A stretch of DNA of 64,000 nucleotides from Mobula hypostoma (taxonomy: Eukaryota): positions 54,624,001 to 54,688,000 of the forward strand of contig NC_086097.1 in the NCBI RefSeq assembly GCF_963921235.1. Reading direction: 5' to 3'. Each line of letters begins with the position of its first letter. Position 1 is the stretch's first letter. The position numbers were made by a program, and so were the translations under genes. Below, piece after piece: positions 51,446-63,391 of this stretch. Under the pieces are notes generated by a model. The model had not been told where the DNA came from and did not search any database. It saw nothing but the letters and a program-made list of their open reading frames with translations.

Positions 51446-52551
51446 AAACTCATCTTGGGCTTCCAGCTGGATAAAAGTATCGATCATAACCGACGTTTTG
51501 ATGAAAATCTCTGCCATCTTCATCAGGAATGATGGCTGAGCATTTCTAGTCTGGGGGTATATATACACCCCCCCGTCCGTCCTTCCTGATTGGTTATTCC
51601 TCATGCAATCAGATTTCCACCGTCCCACCTTGTTTACAATCAAATTCTAGTTCTTACTTGGAACGAGACCTTCGTCTTTTTTAAAGTTCTCTTTCTCTAG
51701 TTTTATTTCGATGGTTTCCTCAGTAGGGGGTCCCAAAAGTCATTGGTGCAGCACAGTAAGTTTTGTGCTGTCGAAGTCAATCCTATGGCCTCTGCGAATA
51801 CAATGTTCTGCTAACGCCAATTTCTCCAAGTAGCCGAAACAAAAACACCTCCTGTGCTCCTTGATACGGGATTCCACCATGCACCCCGTCTGGCCAATAT
51901 ATGCTGCTTCATATTCACAGGGAATCCTGTAAACACCAGCCATCCTGAGTCCCAGGTCATCTTTGACCCACATAAGCTGGGATTTGAGCTTCCTTCCTCA
52001 AAGAGCAGCTCTTTCTACTTTGATTTACTGTGTGAAAACTATTTTGGACCCAGAGAGTTTCCATGAGGAAATAAAATTATGCACAAATCAAATTGGCAAG
52101 GAGTCTATTGGAAACTCAATCACACAGACTTAGGCTACAACAATAACAGCCTCCATTATGCCTCCCAACATGGAGTGCTTCTTTCTACTTTGATTAACTG
52201 TGCAAAAACCTACGGACCTGAGACAATTACACACAATGTTCCTACAGAATGGCTACAATGTGGAGGAAATCAATCGAGCCCTTAAAAGGGCTGACTGAAG
52301 AATCAGGAAACCTAACAATGAGGAGAACCCGTTGCCACTACCTGTCTTCTCTATATCTCCATGGTTTCTGGAAGGATCACCAGGATCCTGAAGAAATATC
52401 AGATTAATACCATCTATAAACCTGTAAGGAAGCTCAGATCACTGAACTAGATATACCAAGGCATTATCCCTGATGAAGATGGCAGAGTTTGTCATTGAAA
52501 CATCAGTTAAAATCGATACCTGTACCCAGATGGAAGACCAAGAAGAATTTA
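51446..52551. mobile_element. Rearranged Penelope-like element (GIY-YIG endonuclease), second family
   Basis: Minus arm GVYRIPC...AYIGQTG...RIKEH...ALAEH. Plus arm RT C-terminus (FLQNGY...KPVRKLRS). Inverted terminal copies carry CTGATGA...GAAAC motifs. Confidence 0.85.
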
Positions 52552-54249
52552 GGGGATAAGAGAGATGGTGATGAGGGAGAACATAACATGCTCTTGGACT
52601 AAGTGCACACTTTCATCGGAGGACAAAAGTGGGCAATCAAAATCTTTCATAATGTACACAAATGCACTAAATGAATTTACAGCATGTATTCCAATTAATG
52701 CCAGTAATAAGATATAAAATTTCTGCAGAGAATAAGATTTTAAATCCTAAAATCAGCCCCTGAAAAAATAATTTTGGAAATACAGTAAACAGATTTAAAA
52801 ACTGGGTAGACATGATATCAAATTTAATCCAACTTCCGAGCACTACACAACAAACATTGTCCAGTAAGATTTTTTGATTTCATAGTATCTAGATTACATA
52901 TCTAAATTTATAACTTAAGTGTTATAAATTTCCTATAGCTACCTTTTTTTTTCCAATTTCCTTTTTTCAGACTGGGAAAGTCTTAACATATATTCAGTGA
53001 AGTAAATACCCAAGTTAAAAAAAATTGTTTCCGATTTATCAAAAGAAAATATTACACAATTTCCTAATGCAAGATCTGATGAATGTGAATGTACAAACCC
53101 TTGAGAGATTACAGGAATACTTCAACCGTAGTTCCTTACTCAAGAACAAAATCTGAGGTGAACAAGCAAAAACTGAGCATCAGTCTTAAACCCATTTTCT
53201 CCCTTAAATGATATAAATCTTTCTTTTACACATGATGATTGCAATTGGATCCAAACTCTAAACTTGTACCGATGCAAATCCCAACCTTCCACATGATTTG
53301 TACAATGAAGCTAAGTTGCAGCATGTTCTTGAATTCTATCTAACAGCATGGGAGAGTAACACAAAGTACGGGAGGAACTCAGTGGGTCAGGCAGCACCTG
53401 TGGAGGAAAATGGACTGTCGGCATTTCAAGTTGAGGCCCTACATCTGGACTGGTTAGAGAGAGGGGAGATAGCCAGTATAAAAAGGTGGAGGGACAGGCT
53501 GGTATAAGAGCTGCCACTGATAGGTGCACACAGGTGAAGCGTGGATGTTAGATAAGTTCAAACTGTAAAGAAAAACCTTGCCCTAGGCAATCACTGGATG
53601 ATCATATTGAAACATCATTTCACCACCCCATCTCATTTCATTCCTATTTGTGACGGTAGAATCAAAAGTGACCCTAAATCCAAAAAGTGATTTTTAAAAA
53701 ATTAAATCATCAGAAGGTTAAATCCAATACAAGAGATCATGGACTAAATATTACTTAAGAAGACACTTAACTTCCAGATGAATTCAAACTCTGAATCAAC
53801 AGCTGGTCCAGATTCTACGTAGCACCCACAGCATCAATCAATAATGTTTTCACAGACACCACCAATACTTAAGGAAGAGCTTGGTTCAATTTATATAACA
53901 ATATCTACAAGAGCTGTCTTCCATGTTTGTGAGAATATAAAATGTAACATAAACAAGTCCTTAGTATTTTAAATGGATAAGCCTATTTCATATTGTTCCA
54001 GACGTGTCTTAACATCTTTGTGACAATGGAACTGTGTTGTAAAGATTTATAATGTTTTGAGGAAAGCAGCAGAGTAAATACAGTTAATCGGGGCAGCCAC
54101 TTATTTGGGACAATTCTTAAAAAACAAAAACTAATCAAGAAAATAGCTGGGATTCCCTTTGTTTACTTAGGTCACTATGCCACTTGTCTATTGTCTTAAT
54201 TGGGGCAGAAGATTGTTGCCAAATAGTTTCTAACTAGCAAGTGCAATTA

Positions 54250-54922
54250 TGAAGAAAGCATGGCAGTGTCTCTAGTTATAGCTTGCAAAAAAATCTCCGT
54301 AACATCTAAAACTTAGACAAACTTCTACAGATGTGTGGTGGAGAGTATATTGACTGGTTGTATCACAGCTTGGTATGGAAACACCAATGACCTTGAATGG
54401 AAAGCCCTACAAAAAGTAGTGGATATGGCCCAGTCCATCACAGGTAAAGTCCTCCCCACCATCGAGCAGAGCACATCTACATGGAGCACCGTTGCAGGAA
54501 AGCAGCATCAGTCATCAAGGACTCACACCACCCAGGTCATGCTCTCTTCTCACTGCTGCCTTCAGGAAGATACAGGAGCCTCAGGACTCACACTACCAGG
54601 TTCAGGAACAATTATTACCCCTCAGCTATCAGGCTCTTCAACCAGCGGAAATAACTTCACTTGTCCATCACTGAACTGTTCCCACAGCCTATAAGGGACT
54701 CTTCATCTCATGTTTTTGATCTTTATTGCTCATTTATTATTATATTTTCTTTTGTATTTGCACAGTTTGTTGTTCTTGGCATATTGGTTGTTTGGCTGTC
54801 TTGTTGGGTGCTGATTTTATTCTGGTTCTTAGATTTACTGAGTATGCCTACAAGAAAACAAAATTCAGTGTTGTATGTGGTGACATATGTACTTTGATAA
54901 TAAATTTACTTTGAACTTTGAA
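54250..54922 (+). mobile_element. Rex1/Babar 3' fragment
   Basis: VESILTGCITAWYG...LQKVVDMAQSITG. (ACTTTGA)n tail. Confidence 0.8.
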
Positions 54923-55362
54923 CCAATTAAGGGATAGAGAGAGCAAACGAAATTCACAAGGGGGCAGAATTCTAGACAATTGGTATTAAGGACAAAGTGC
55001 AGACTAAGGTACAATACAGTAAGCAAATATGATTATAAATGGTTCAATTTGCAAAACAATAGTGCAGAGCTCGGAATAAATGAAATATAAATTGTATTTT
55101 TGAAGGAGCAAGGGCAAGATAGCTCAGAAAATTGTTAACTCGAACGTATGATTTACAGAAGCAGAAAAGATGTACAAAGTCAGAGGTCAAAAAGAGAGCA
55201 ATTGCATGCAGAAGGAAAAGAACTTGCAGTCTTAAGGACAGAGCAGCAGCAAAAGAGATCTGCACCAGTTACACAGAATGCAAACCTCTGACGAACAAAC
55301 CATGACTACCATTGTTATATTGAATGGAACTTAATAAAATCTGTTGCGCTCATGCCAATATA

Positions 55363-57388
55363 CAGTGGCATGCAAAAGTTTGGGCACCCCGGTCAAAATT
55401 TCTGTTACTGTGAATAGCTAAGCAAGTAAAAGATGACCTGATTTCCAAAAGGCATAAAGTTAAAGATGATACGTTTCTTTAATATTTTAAGTAATATTAC
55501 TTTTTTATTTCCATCTTTTACAGTTTCAAAATAACAAAGTTTGGGCACCCTGCATGGTCAGTACTTAGTAACACCCCCTTTGGCAAGTATCACAGCTTGT
55601 AAACGCTTTCTGTAGCCAGCTGAAGCCCAATTTATACTTCTGCGTCAAATGTACGCCGTAGGTACCGCGTACCCTACGCCGTAGGTGACGTACACCTCCC
55701 CAAAAAAGTAACTCATGCGTTGTGGTGCCGCAGACTGCAACAACTGTGATTGGTCCGCTTGGTAGCATCACATTTCCTCCTACGCATTTCCGGTTGCTTT
55801 TCTCTGCCATGTCTGTACACTGATGCGAAATAAATAGTTGGAGATGATGAAACAAATCGTCAAATCTACCTGCCAACATCCGAAAATATTTGAAATGCGT
55901 TACCTTGTCCATGTCTCTCACGAAGAAAATTGACACAGTAGCATAGAAACCCTACCGCCAACTAGCGTCTTGGCGGTGAATTGCAGACACAACTACGCAT
56001 GCTCGCTACGGCATAGGGCGACGCAAAAGTATAAATCAGGCCTATGGCATAGCCCGTACACACAAATATAAATCAGGCTTAAGAGTCTTTCAATTCTTGT
56101 TTGGGGGATTTTCACCCATTCTTCCTTGCAAAAGGCTTCTAGTTCTGTGAGATTCTTGGGCTGTCTTGCATGCATTGCTCTTTTGAAGTCTATCCACAGA
56201 TTTTCGAGGATGTTTAGGTCGGGGGACTGTGAGGGCCATGGCAAAACCTTCAGCTTGCGCCTCTTGAGGTAGTCCATTGTGAATTTTGAAGTGTGTTTAG
56301 GATCATTATCCTGTTGCAGAAGCCATCCTCTTTTCATCTTCAGCTTTTTTACAGACGGTGTGAAGTTTGCTTCCAGAATTTGCTGGTATTTAATTGAATT
56401 CATTCTTCCCTCTACCAGTGAAATGTTACCTGTGCCACTGGCTGCAACACAAGCCTAAAGCATGATCGATCCATCCCCATGCCTAACAGTTGGAGAGGTG
56501 TTCTTTTCATGAAATTCAGCACCCTTTTTTCTCCAAACATACCTTTGCTCATTGCAACCAAAAAGTTCTATTTTAACTTCATCAGTCCACAGGACTTGTT
56601 TCCAAAACGCATCAGGCTTGTTTAGATGTTCCTCTGCAAACTTCTGATGCTGAATTTTGTGGTGAGGATGCAGGAAAGGTTTTCTTCTGATGACTCTTCC
56701 ATGAAGGTCATATTTGTGCAGGTGTTGCTGCACCGTAGAACAGTGCACCCCCACTCCAGAGTCTGTTAAATCTTCCTGAAGGTCTTTTGCAGTCAAATGG
56801 CCTATGTGCAGTTCTCTCAGAAAGTTTCCTTGGTCTTCCAGACCTCAACTTGACCTCCACCGTTCCTGTTAACTGCCATTTCTTAATTACATTACAAACT
56901 GAGGAAACGGCTACCTGAAAACGCTTTGCTCTCTTCTTATAGCCTTCTCCTGCTTTGTGGGCATCATTTATTTTAATTTTCAGAGCGCTAGGCAGCTGCT
57001 TAGAGGAGCCCATGGCTGCTGATTGTTGGGACAAGGTTTGAGAAGTCAGGGTATTTATGAAGCTTTGTAATTTGCATCACCTGGCCTTTCCTAATGATGA
57101 CTGTGAACAAAGCCATAGCCCTAACAAGCTAATTAAGGTCTGAGACCTTGGTAAAAATTATCTGAGAGCTCAAATCTCTTGGAATGCCCAAACTTATGCA
57201 TGGTGCTTTTTTTTCCACTCTAAAATTGTACAAAACAAAAATAATACACTAACCTTGCTTACAACATTGAAAAGAATGTTTCACCTTTAACTTTATGACT
57301 TTTGGAGATCAGTTCATCTTCTACTCACTTAACTATTCACAGTAACAGAAATTTTGACCAGGGGTGCCCAAACTTTTGAACCCCACTG
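55363..57388 (-). mobile_element. Tc1 (DD34E, IR/DR type) transposon, second family, decayed
   Basis: TIR CAGTGGCATGCAAAAGTTTGGGCACCCC.GGTCAAAATTTCTGTTACTGTGAATAG, TA duplication at 55361-62 and 57389-90. Transposase pieces GEGYKK...GRPRK, WTDEVKIELFG, QQDNDPKH, SPDLNILENLW and AKGGVTKY. Confidence 0.93.
55624..56079. mobile_element. PIF/Harbinger-like non-autonomous element nested in the Tc1 transposase
   Basis: Splits the transposase codons ...RLL|AGYRK. TIR AGCCCAATTTATA / TATAAATCAGGCT. 3-bp TGA/TAA duplication at 55621-23 and 56080-82. No transposase. Confidence 0.72.
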
Positions 57389-58646
57389 TACATCTTACTG
57401 ATAATGGTTTGTTGTACTAACAAAAAAGTTTCTTGAACTGGGTCAAATCCAAATTAGCAAATGTTACAAGAGGGGAAAGCTCATAAATATGAATAAGAGA
57501 TCCTTCATTTAGTATGCTTTGCTTTGGATACATATTGGAGCTCAGCTTCATTATCCAGTGGCTACATACTCACCAGTTCTTGGTTCTGCATGTCTTACCA
57601 GCTTCCTTCATTTGATGGTATGAGGCATCTCTCTGTTGAAGCTGATCCTTCTGGCACTTGAAGCTCTACAGAAAGCATAAATCATTTACTTTCATTCAAA
57701 AAATTTTTAATCACCTAGTCCACCTGCAGTTAACCAAAACAAGATGTCATTGTCTCCACATTTGGTCTTCATAACTTTTTCCACCAACATAGCTGCAAAT
57801 AAAGAGAAACAAACATGTGCACGAAAACTGGAAAAGTCAAAGAGAAATGCACAATTTATTGCAACACTGAGGGGACAGATGAACATTACCTCACTCTGTT
57901 CAGCATGAAGTTGAGCTTTCCATTTCGGGTAACCCAGACCCAGACTCCTGGTGTCCTCCTCTCACACACATTTCTTCTCCCTTTGTTGACTTTCCCCACC
58001 TGGTTCCATCTGCCCATGCCATCTCCTCCCCACCTGGGTACACCTCCCCACTCCCCTACACGATATCACCCCTCTCCCCACATAGTGCTCCATACTGGCA
58101 AACTTTCCTCTTAGTCCTGCTGCAGAGACATGACTGGAAACATTGACTTACACATTTTGCCTCCACAAATGCTGCTCAACCCACTGTCGTGCTGGAATGT
58201 GGAACAAAAAAGAGACACCAGCACTTTTTTTTTGTTCCAGATTATAGCATCTGCAGTCTCTTTTGACTTCATAAAAACTGAAAACTGGAATCTAAACAAA
58301 ATCCAACACCTTGGAGGATATGAAACAAATCCCAGTGGTTTGGCATCTGACTCTCTGGATGGTATTTCCCACATTTCCCTTCCACTTGCCAGGTCCCCAG
58401 ATTCCCATATCCCCTGTCAGCTCACCAAGGCATCAGATCCCCACTCCATTGAAATGTACTAGATTCTTTGAAATCTTATTGTGTAATATCTAAAATGAGA
58501 ATTAAAAATGTGTTGGAGTATTAATAAAAGAACATCTCAGCCCAGAAAATCTGCTGGTCCAGCACCTATCAAAATCCTGAACATACTTACAAGTAATTAA
58601 ACGCCTACTGTTCAGATTAGCAACAAGTTCCAAGTAAGCCCACCAA

Positions 58647-58718
58647 TTTATTAAAAGGAGTATTCAAATAAAATTTACAATTTACCCTTTTGGAACAACG
58701 CAATATCGAAAATTTATT
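58647..58718 (-). terminator. WDHD1: Candidate WDHD1 polyadenylation signals
   Basis: AATAAA on the minus strand at 58713-58718 and 58647-58652, about 450-520 nt downstream of the stop codon. Confidence 0.4.
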
Positions 58719-59169
58719 GCTATATTATTCATAATAAACTCTACAACACAGAAGTATTACTAGTGCCATAATCTTCATCAAAGAAAGTTGTTGCAGTCAA
58801 AATTAATTTGATTCACCTGTCACATGACCTTCCACTCACTTACTTACTATTGCACACTATCTCTGATAGGTAACTGATTGCAGGTCCTCTTCACTTGCAG
58901 CCAAAACAGCTACCTTAAACCCCACCATAAACTATCCGCTTTTGAGTAGAACACCATTTGACTGAACAGCAGAACTGCCACAAGTGATAAACCCAATGCA
59001 TGTTGTAAATGTAAACTTAATAAAAGAGATATTAAATATCCCCAATGCAACAAAGTTCATTTTCAAGAACATTTATAACTCAAGCTTGTCCAAACTTAAA
59101 TTTAATAAATGCAATTTACAAATAAGATTCTATTATGTTCAGATCATGTTGAAACAATTTACAGCATCG

Positions 59170-59376
59170 TTAGTCCTTTTTGAAAGCAAAGGCAGACAGT
59201 CTTGAATTCACAGTTGGATGTTCCGGTTTCTTCTTTTTGGCAGAAGCATCAGATTCTTCAGAATTTTCCTTTCTGTCTTCTAGTTCATTCACACCCTGCT
59301 CTTCTGTACGCTTGCGTTTTTTAACCTCTGTATCAGGCACAGTATTGGTAGCACTTTTAGCCCTCTCTGTCCAGGC
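59170..59376 (-). CDS. WDHD1: WD repeat and HMG-box DNA-binding protein 1 (AND-1/Ctf4), last coding exon
   Basis: TTTATTTTCCAG|GCC TGG ACA GAG. Translates AWTERAK...EVKKRKR...AKKKKP...NSRLSAFAFKKD*, matching the WDHD1 C-terminus (human ...QKLSAFAFKQE). WDHD1 neighbours GCH1 in vertebrates. Upstream exons lie beyond the window. Confidence 0.93.
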   Translation of the reverse strand, partial: AWTERAKSATNTVPDTEVKKRKRTEEQGVNELEDRKENSEESDASAKKKKPEHPTVNSRLSAFAFKKD

Positions 59377-59729
59377 CTGGAAAATAAAATCATTGAATGA
59401 TCTGACCATTTTGGAATTGGGATAACTATTTAACTACAACTAATTCTAACTTTTCTTTGACTGAAGGGTTAAAACAGGAGATGCAAAAAATGTTTACTAT
59501 TGACCTGGCCTCTTTAATAGGTAGGAATCTAAACTATAGATACTTTAAGTAAATTGATGATTTGCAAGTTGAGAACTTACTGGACTAAAAACCCAAATGT
59601 TACTAACTTAGAATCTCACCATGTCAATTTGTGAAGCTGAATCCCAAAATATACCCCTGGTAATTAATGGACTAATAGCATAAAATGCTGCATTCTTTCT
59701 TGGGCAGGCAAAAAGTATTAAGACTCCAT

Positions 59730-60810
59730 TGCAACACACACAAAATGCTGGAGGAACTCAGCAGGTCAAACAACATCTATAGAAATTGATCAACAGTCAT
59801 CATTTTGGGGCGAGACCCTTCTTCAGGGCTGAGAAGATGCCAGAATAAAAAGGTGTGGGGAGGAGGAAGGAGGCTGGCTGGAAGGTGATAGGTGAAGCCA
59901 GATGGGTGGGAAAGGTCAAGGGCAGGAGTGGGAAAGGTCAAGGGGAATCTGATAGGAGAGGACACAGGGGGAACTGATAGCCAGGTGAGAAGAAGTATTT
60001 GGTCAGAGTGGTGGTGGGGGTAGGGGGGAGGGGGAATGTTTTAAAACTATATGATGGAATATTCAAGCCATCAGGTTGGAGGCCACTGAAATGGAATACA
60101 AGGTGTTGCTCCGCCACCTTGAGGGTAGCCTCATCTTCTCATATTGGCACAAGAGGAGGCCATGGACCGACATGTTGGAATGGGAATGGGAACTGAAATT
60201 AAAATGTTTGGCCACCAGGAAGTTCCAGTTGTGGCGGATAGAGTGGAGGTACTTGATGAAGCGGTTTCCCAGTTTAAGACAGGTTTCACCAATGTACAGG
60301 AGGCCGCATAGGGAGTACCGGACACAATAAACAACCCCAGTTGATTTGCAGGTGAAGTTGCCTCACCCAGAAGGATTGTTCGGGGCCCTAAATGGAGGTG
60401 AGGGAGGAAGTGTAATGGGCAGGTGTAGCATTTAGGCCGCTTGCAGGGTTAAGTGCCAGGATGGAGATTAGTGGCATGAGATGAATGGACAAGGGAATTA
60501 TAGAAGGAATGATCCATTCGGAAAGTGGAGGGGGAGGGGAGGTAAAAGTATGTTTAGTGGTAGTATATCTTTCCAAATGGCAGAAGTTGTGGAGGATGAT
60601 GTGTTAGATGTGGAGGCTGATGGGATGGTAGGTGATGAACTATTCCTGTTAAACGATGGGAAGATGGGGTGAGTGCAGATGATTGGGAAATGGAGGATCT
60701 GCGGGTGAAGGCAGCATCAATGTTGAAGGGAGGGTAACCCCATTCTCTGAAGAAGGAGAACATCTCTATGAGCCCTGACCAGCATCCAGTCCAGGTATCA
60801 GATGTCTGGA
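59730..60810 (-). mobile_element. Penelope-like element 3' part, degenerate
   Basis: Same 3' end as the element at 63392. Remnants FFREWGYP and YIGET on the minus strand. Degenerate hammerhead at about 59792-59830. Further degenerate 3' ends at about 53355-53550 (-) and 57880-58260 (+). Confidence 0.75.
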
Positions 60811-60829
60811 GAAGAGGGGACTTCAAACA

Positions 60830-62715
60830 GGTCTATGGCCCAAGGATAAAAGGCAGGAGCGAGTTGCGGCAGTGTAGCAGAGCTTTGAGCAATGACCAAT
60901 TGGCGTTTGGGATTGATTAGTCAGAGCAAATTAAAGGAAGGCAGGGGCAAGAGCAGCAGCTGTCATCTGAGTGGACGTAGAATGGTGATCTTAACGCTTT
61001 AGCTCTTCAAGGCTTCAGCGAAGAGTGGCTTCACTCAAAGAAAGCAAAGGAAAGAAAAGCTCAAGTTTTTTCCTTCTCTTTATATCTGCTTAGCTAGGAC
61101 AGTAGAGATGCCAGACAGGATAGTGAAATGGCTCCTCCTGCGGGATGTGGGAACCAGGGAAACCTCCAGTGTCCCTGACAACCACATCTACGAGTAGCGC
61201 ATCCAGCTGCAGCTTCTAACAAACCACATTAAGGAGCTGAAGCTGGAACTGGATGAACACAGCTAGGAATCACTAGATTTTGGAATGGTTCCAGAAGAAT
61301 GGAAAATTGCAAATGTCACTCCAGTCTTCAAGAAGGGAAAGAGGCAGAAGAAAGGAAACTATAGGCCAGTTAGTTTAATCTCAATGATTGGGAAGATGTT
61401 GCAGTTGATTATTAAAGATGTAGTCTCAGGGTACTTAGAGGCACATGATAAAATCAGGCGTAGTCAGTATGGTTTCTTCTAGAGAAAGTCTTGCCTGACA
61501 AATCTGTTGGATTTCTTTGAAGACAAAGGAGAATCAGTTGATACTGTGTACTTGGGATTCTCAGAAGGCCTTTGACAAGGTGCCACACGAGGCTGCTTAA
61601 CAAGCTACAAGCCAGCCCACAGTATTACAAGAAAGATTCTAGCATGGATAAAGCAGTGGCTAATTGGCAGGAGGCAAAGCGTGGGAATAAAGGAAGCCTT
61701 TTCTGACTGGCTGGCAGTGACTAGTGATGTTCTACAGTGGGCTGTGTTGGGACGGATTCCTTTTCCGTTATATGTTAATGACTTGGATGATGGAATTGAT
61801 GGCCTTGTTGCAAAGTTTGCAAACGATATGAAGATAGGTGGAGGGCAGGTAGTTTTGAGGAGGTAGAGAGGCTACAGAAAGCCTTAGACAAATTAGGAAA
61901 ATGGGCAAAAAAATGGCAGATGGAATACAGTGTTGGGAAGTGTATAGTCATGCATTTTTGGTAGAAGAAATGAAAGGGTAGACTATTTTCTGGAGGGAAA
62001 ATACAAAAGTCTGAGGTGCAAAGGGACTTGGGACTGCAAGATTCCCTAAAGGCTAATTCGCAGGTTTAGTCCGTGTTGAAGGTGGCAGGTGCAATGCCAG
62101 CATTCATTCAAGGGGACTAGAATATAAAAGCAAGGACGTAATGTTGAAATTTTATAAAGTATGGTGAGGCCTCTCTTGGAGTACTGTGAGCAGGTTTGGG
62201 CCTCTTCTCTTAGAAAGGATGTGCTGAAACCGGAGAGGGTTCAAAGGAGGTTCACGAAAATGATTTCAGGATTCAAAATGCTTGTCATATAAAGAACATT
62301 TGATGGCTCTGGGCCTATATTTACTAGAATTCAGAAGAATGAAGGGTGACCTCCTTGAAACCTATGAAATGGTGAAAGGCCTTGATAGAGCGGATGTGGA
62401 GATGATGTTTCCTATGGTAGGAGAGTCTAAGATGAGAGGACACAGCTTCAGAATAGAGGGGTGTCCTTTTAGAACGGAGATGAGGAGGAATTTCATTAGC
62501 CAGAGAGTGGTTAACCTGTGGAATTATTTGCCACAGCCAGCTGGGGAGGCCAAATCTTTATGTTTATTTAAGACAGAGGGTTATAGATTCTTGATTGGTC
62601 AGGGCATGAGGGGATATGGGGAGAAGGCAGGAGATTGGGGCTGAGAGAAAAACTGGATCAGCCATGATGAAATGGGCCAAATGGCCTAATTCTGCTCCTA
62701 TACCTTATGATTTTA
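60830..62715 (+). mobile_element. CR1 LINE (5' UTR/ORF1 start fused to RT half by internal deletion)
   Basis: ORF1 N-terminal CxxCxMW-like remnant near 61130-61260, then VPEEWKIANVTPVFKKG...NYRPVSL and a 3' tail. Confidence 0.85.
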
Positions 62716-63391
62716 TCTGATTCCATTGGAATCATCAAGCAAAAGGGAACATTTCAGCCTCCTAAATCAAGGACTCCATTAGACTAGCAAGGTTGCAGCG
62801 ACAGGACAGCCACTACCAAAACTCATGCCCCTGCAGAAGGGATAAATAGGCTGAGGCAAAAATTAGAAGGAGGTGATTAAAACAAAGGTTAAAAAAATGT
62901 GAGAAAAGCTAACAAGTTATATTTTGAGCAAAGTAGCATTGGTATTCAGATTTATAATCAAAGTGTTGAAAAAAAAATTAAAAATGCTAGAAGCATAAAT
63001 TCGGTTTAAAAGAGACTTGGTTACAACCAAAGCACAAGTAGAAGTTTAAATTATTTTTTTAAAAAAACAAAAATCAGGAAAATGGGAGAGGGATTGGAAG
63101 TTGGGCAAACAAGACAATAATTACAGAAGAAATTGAATGACAGAGTGAAAACTGAACCAGTAGAACAGCAACGATGCAAGATTTGGGTAAGAGGTAACCA
63201 TAGACGTCACGATAATAGTGATGCCTGAGGGATGGTGAATCAACATGGAAAGCAGGGAAACACAAAGCAAATAAACTGTATTTTGTTAGAATGGGTGATA
63301 CTTTAAAAGGGGATGCAAAACTACTCAAGCAAAATAATAGATTTCATAAAAGTAATCATATGGTTCTCCAAAACGTGTTTTAGTTCAATGG

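Noticed and set aside
54078..54240. Possible TcMar/Tigger-like DNA transposon end
   Set aside because: No matching second terminus or coding remnant was found, so it cannot be supported.
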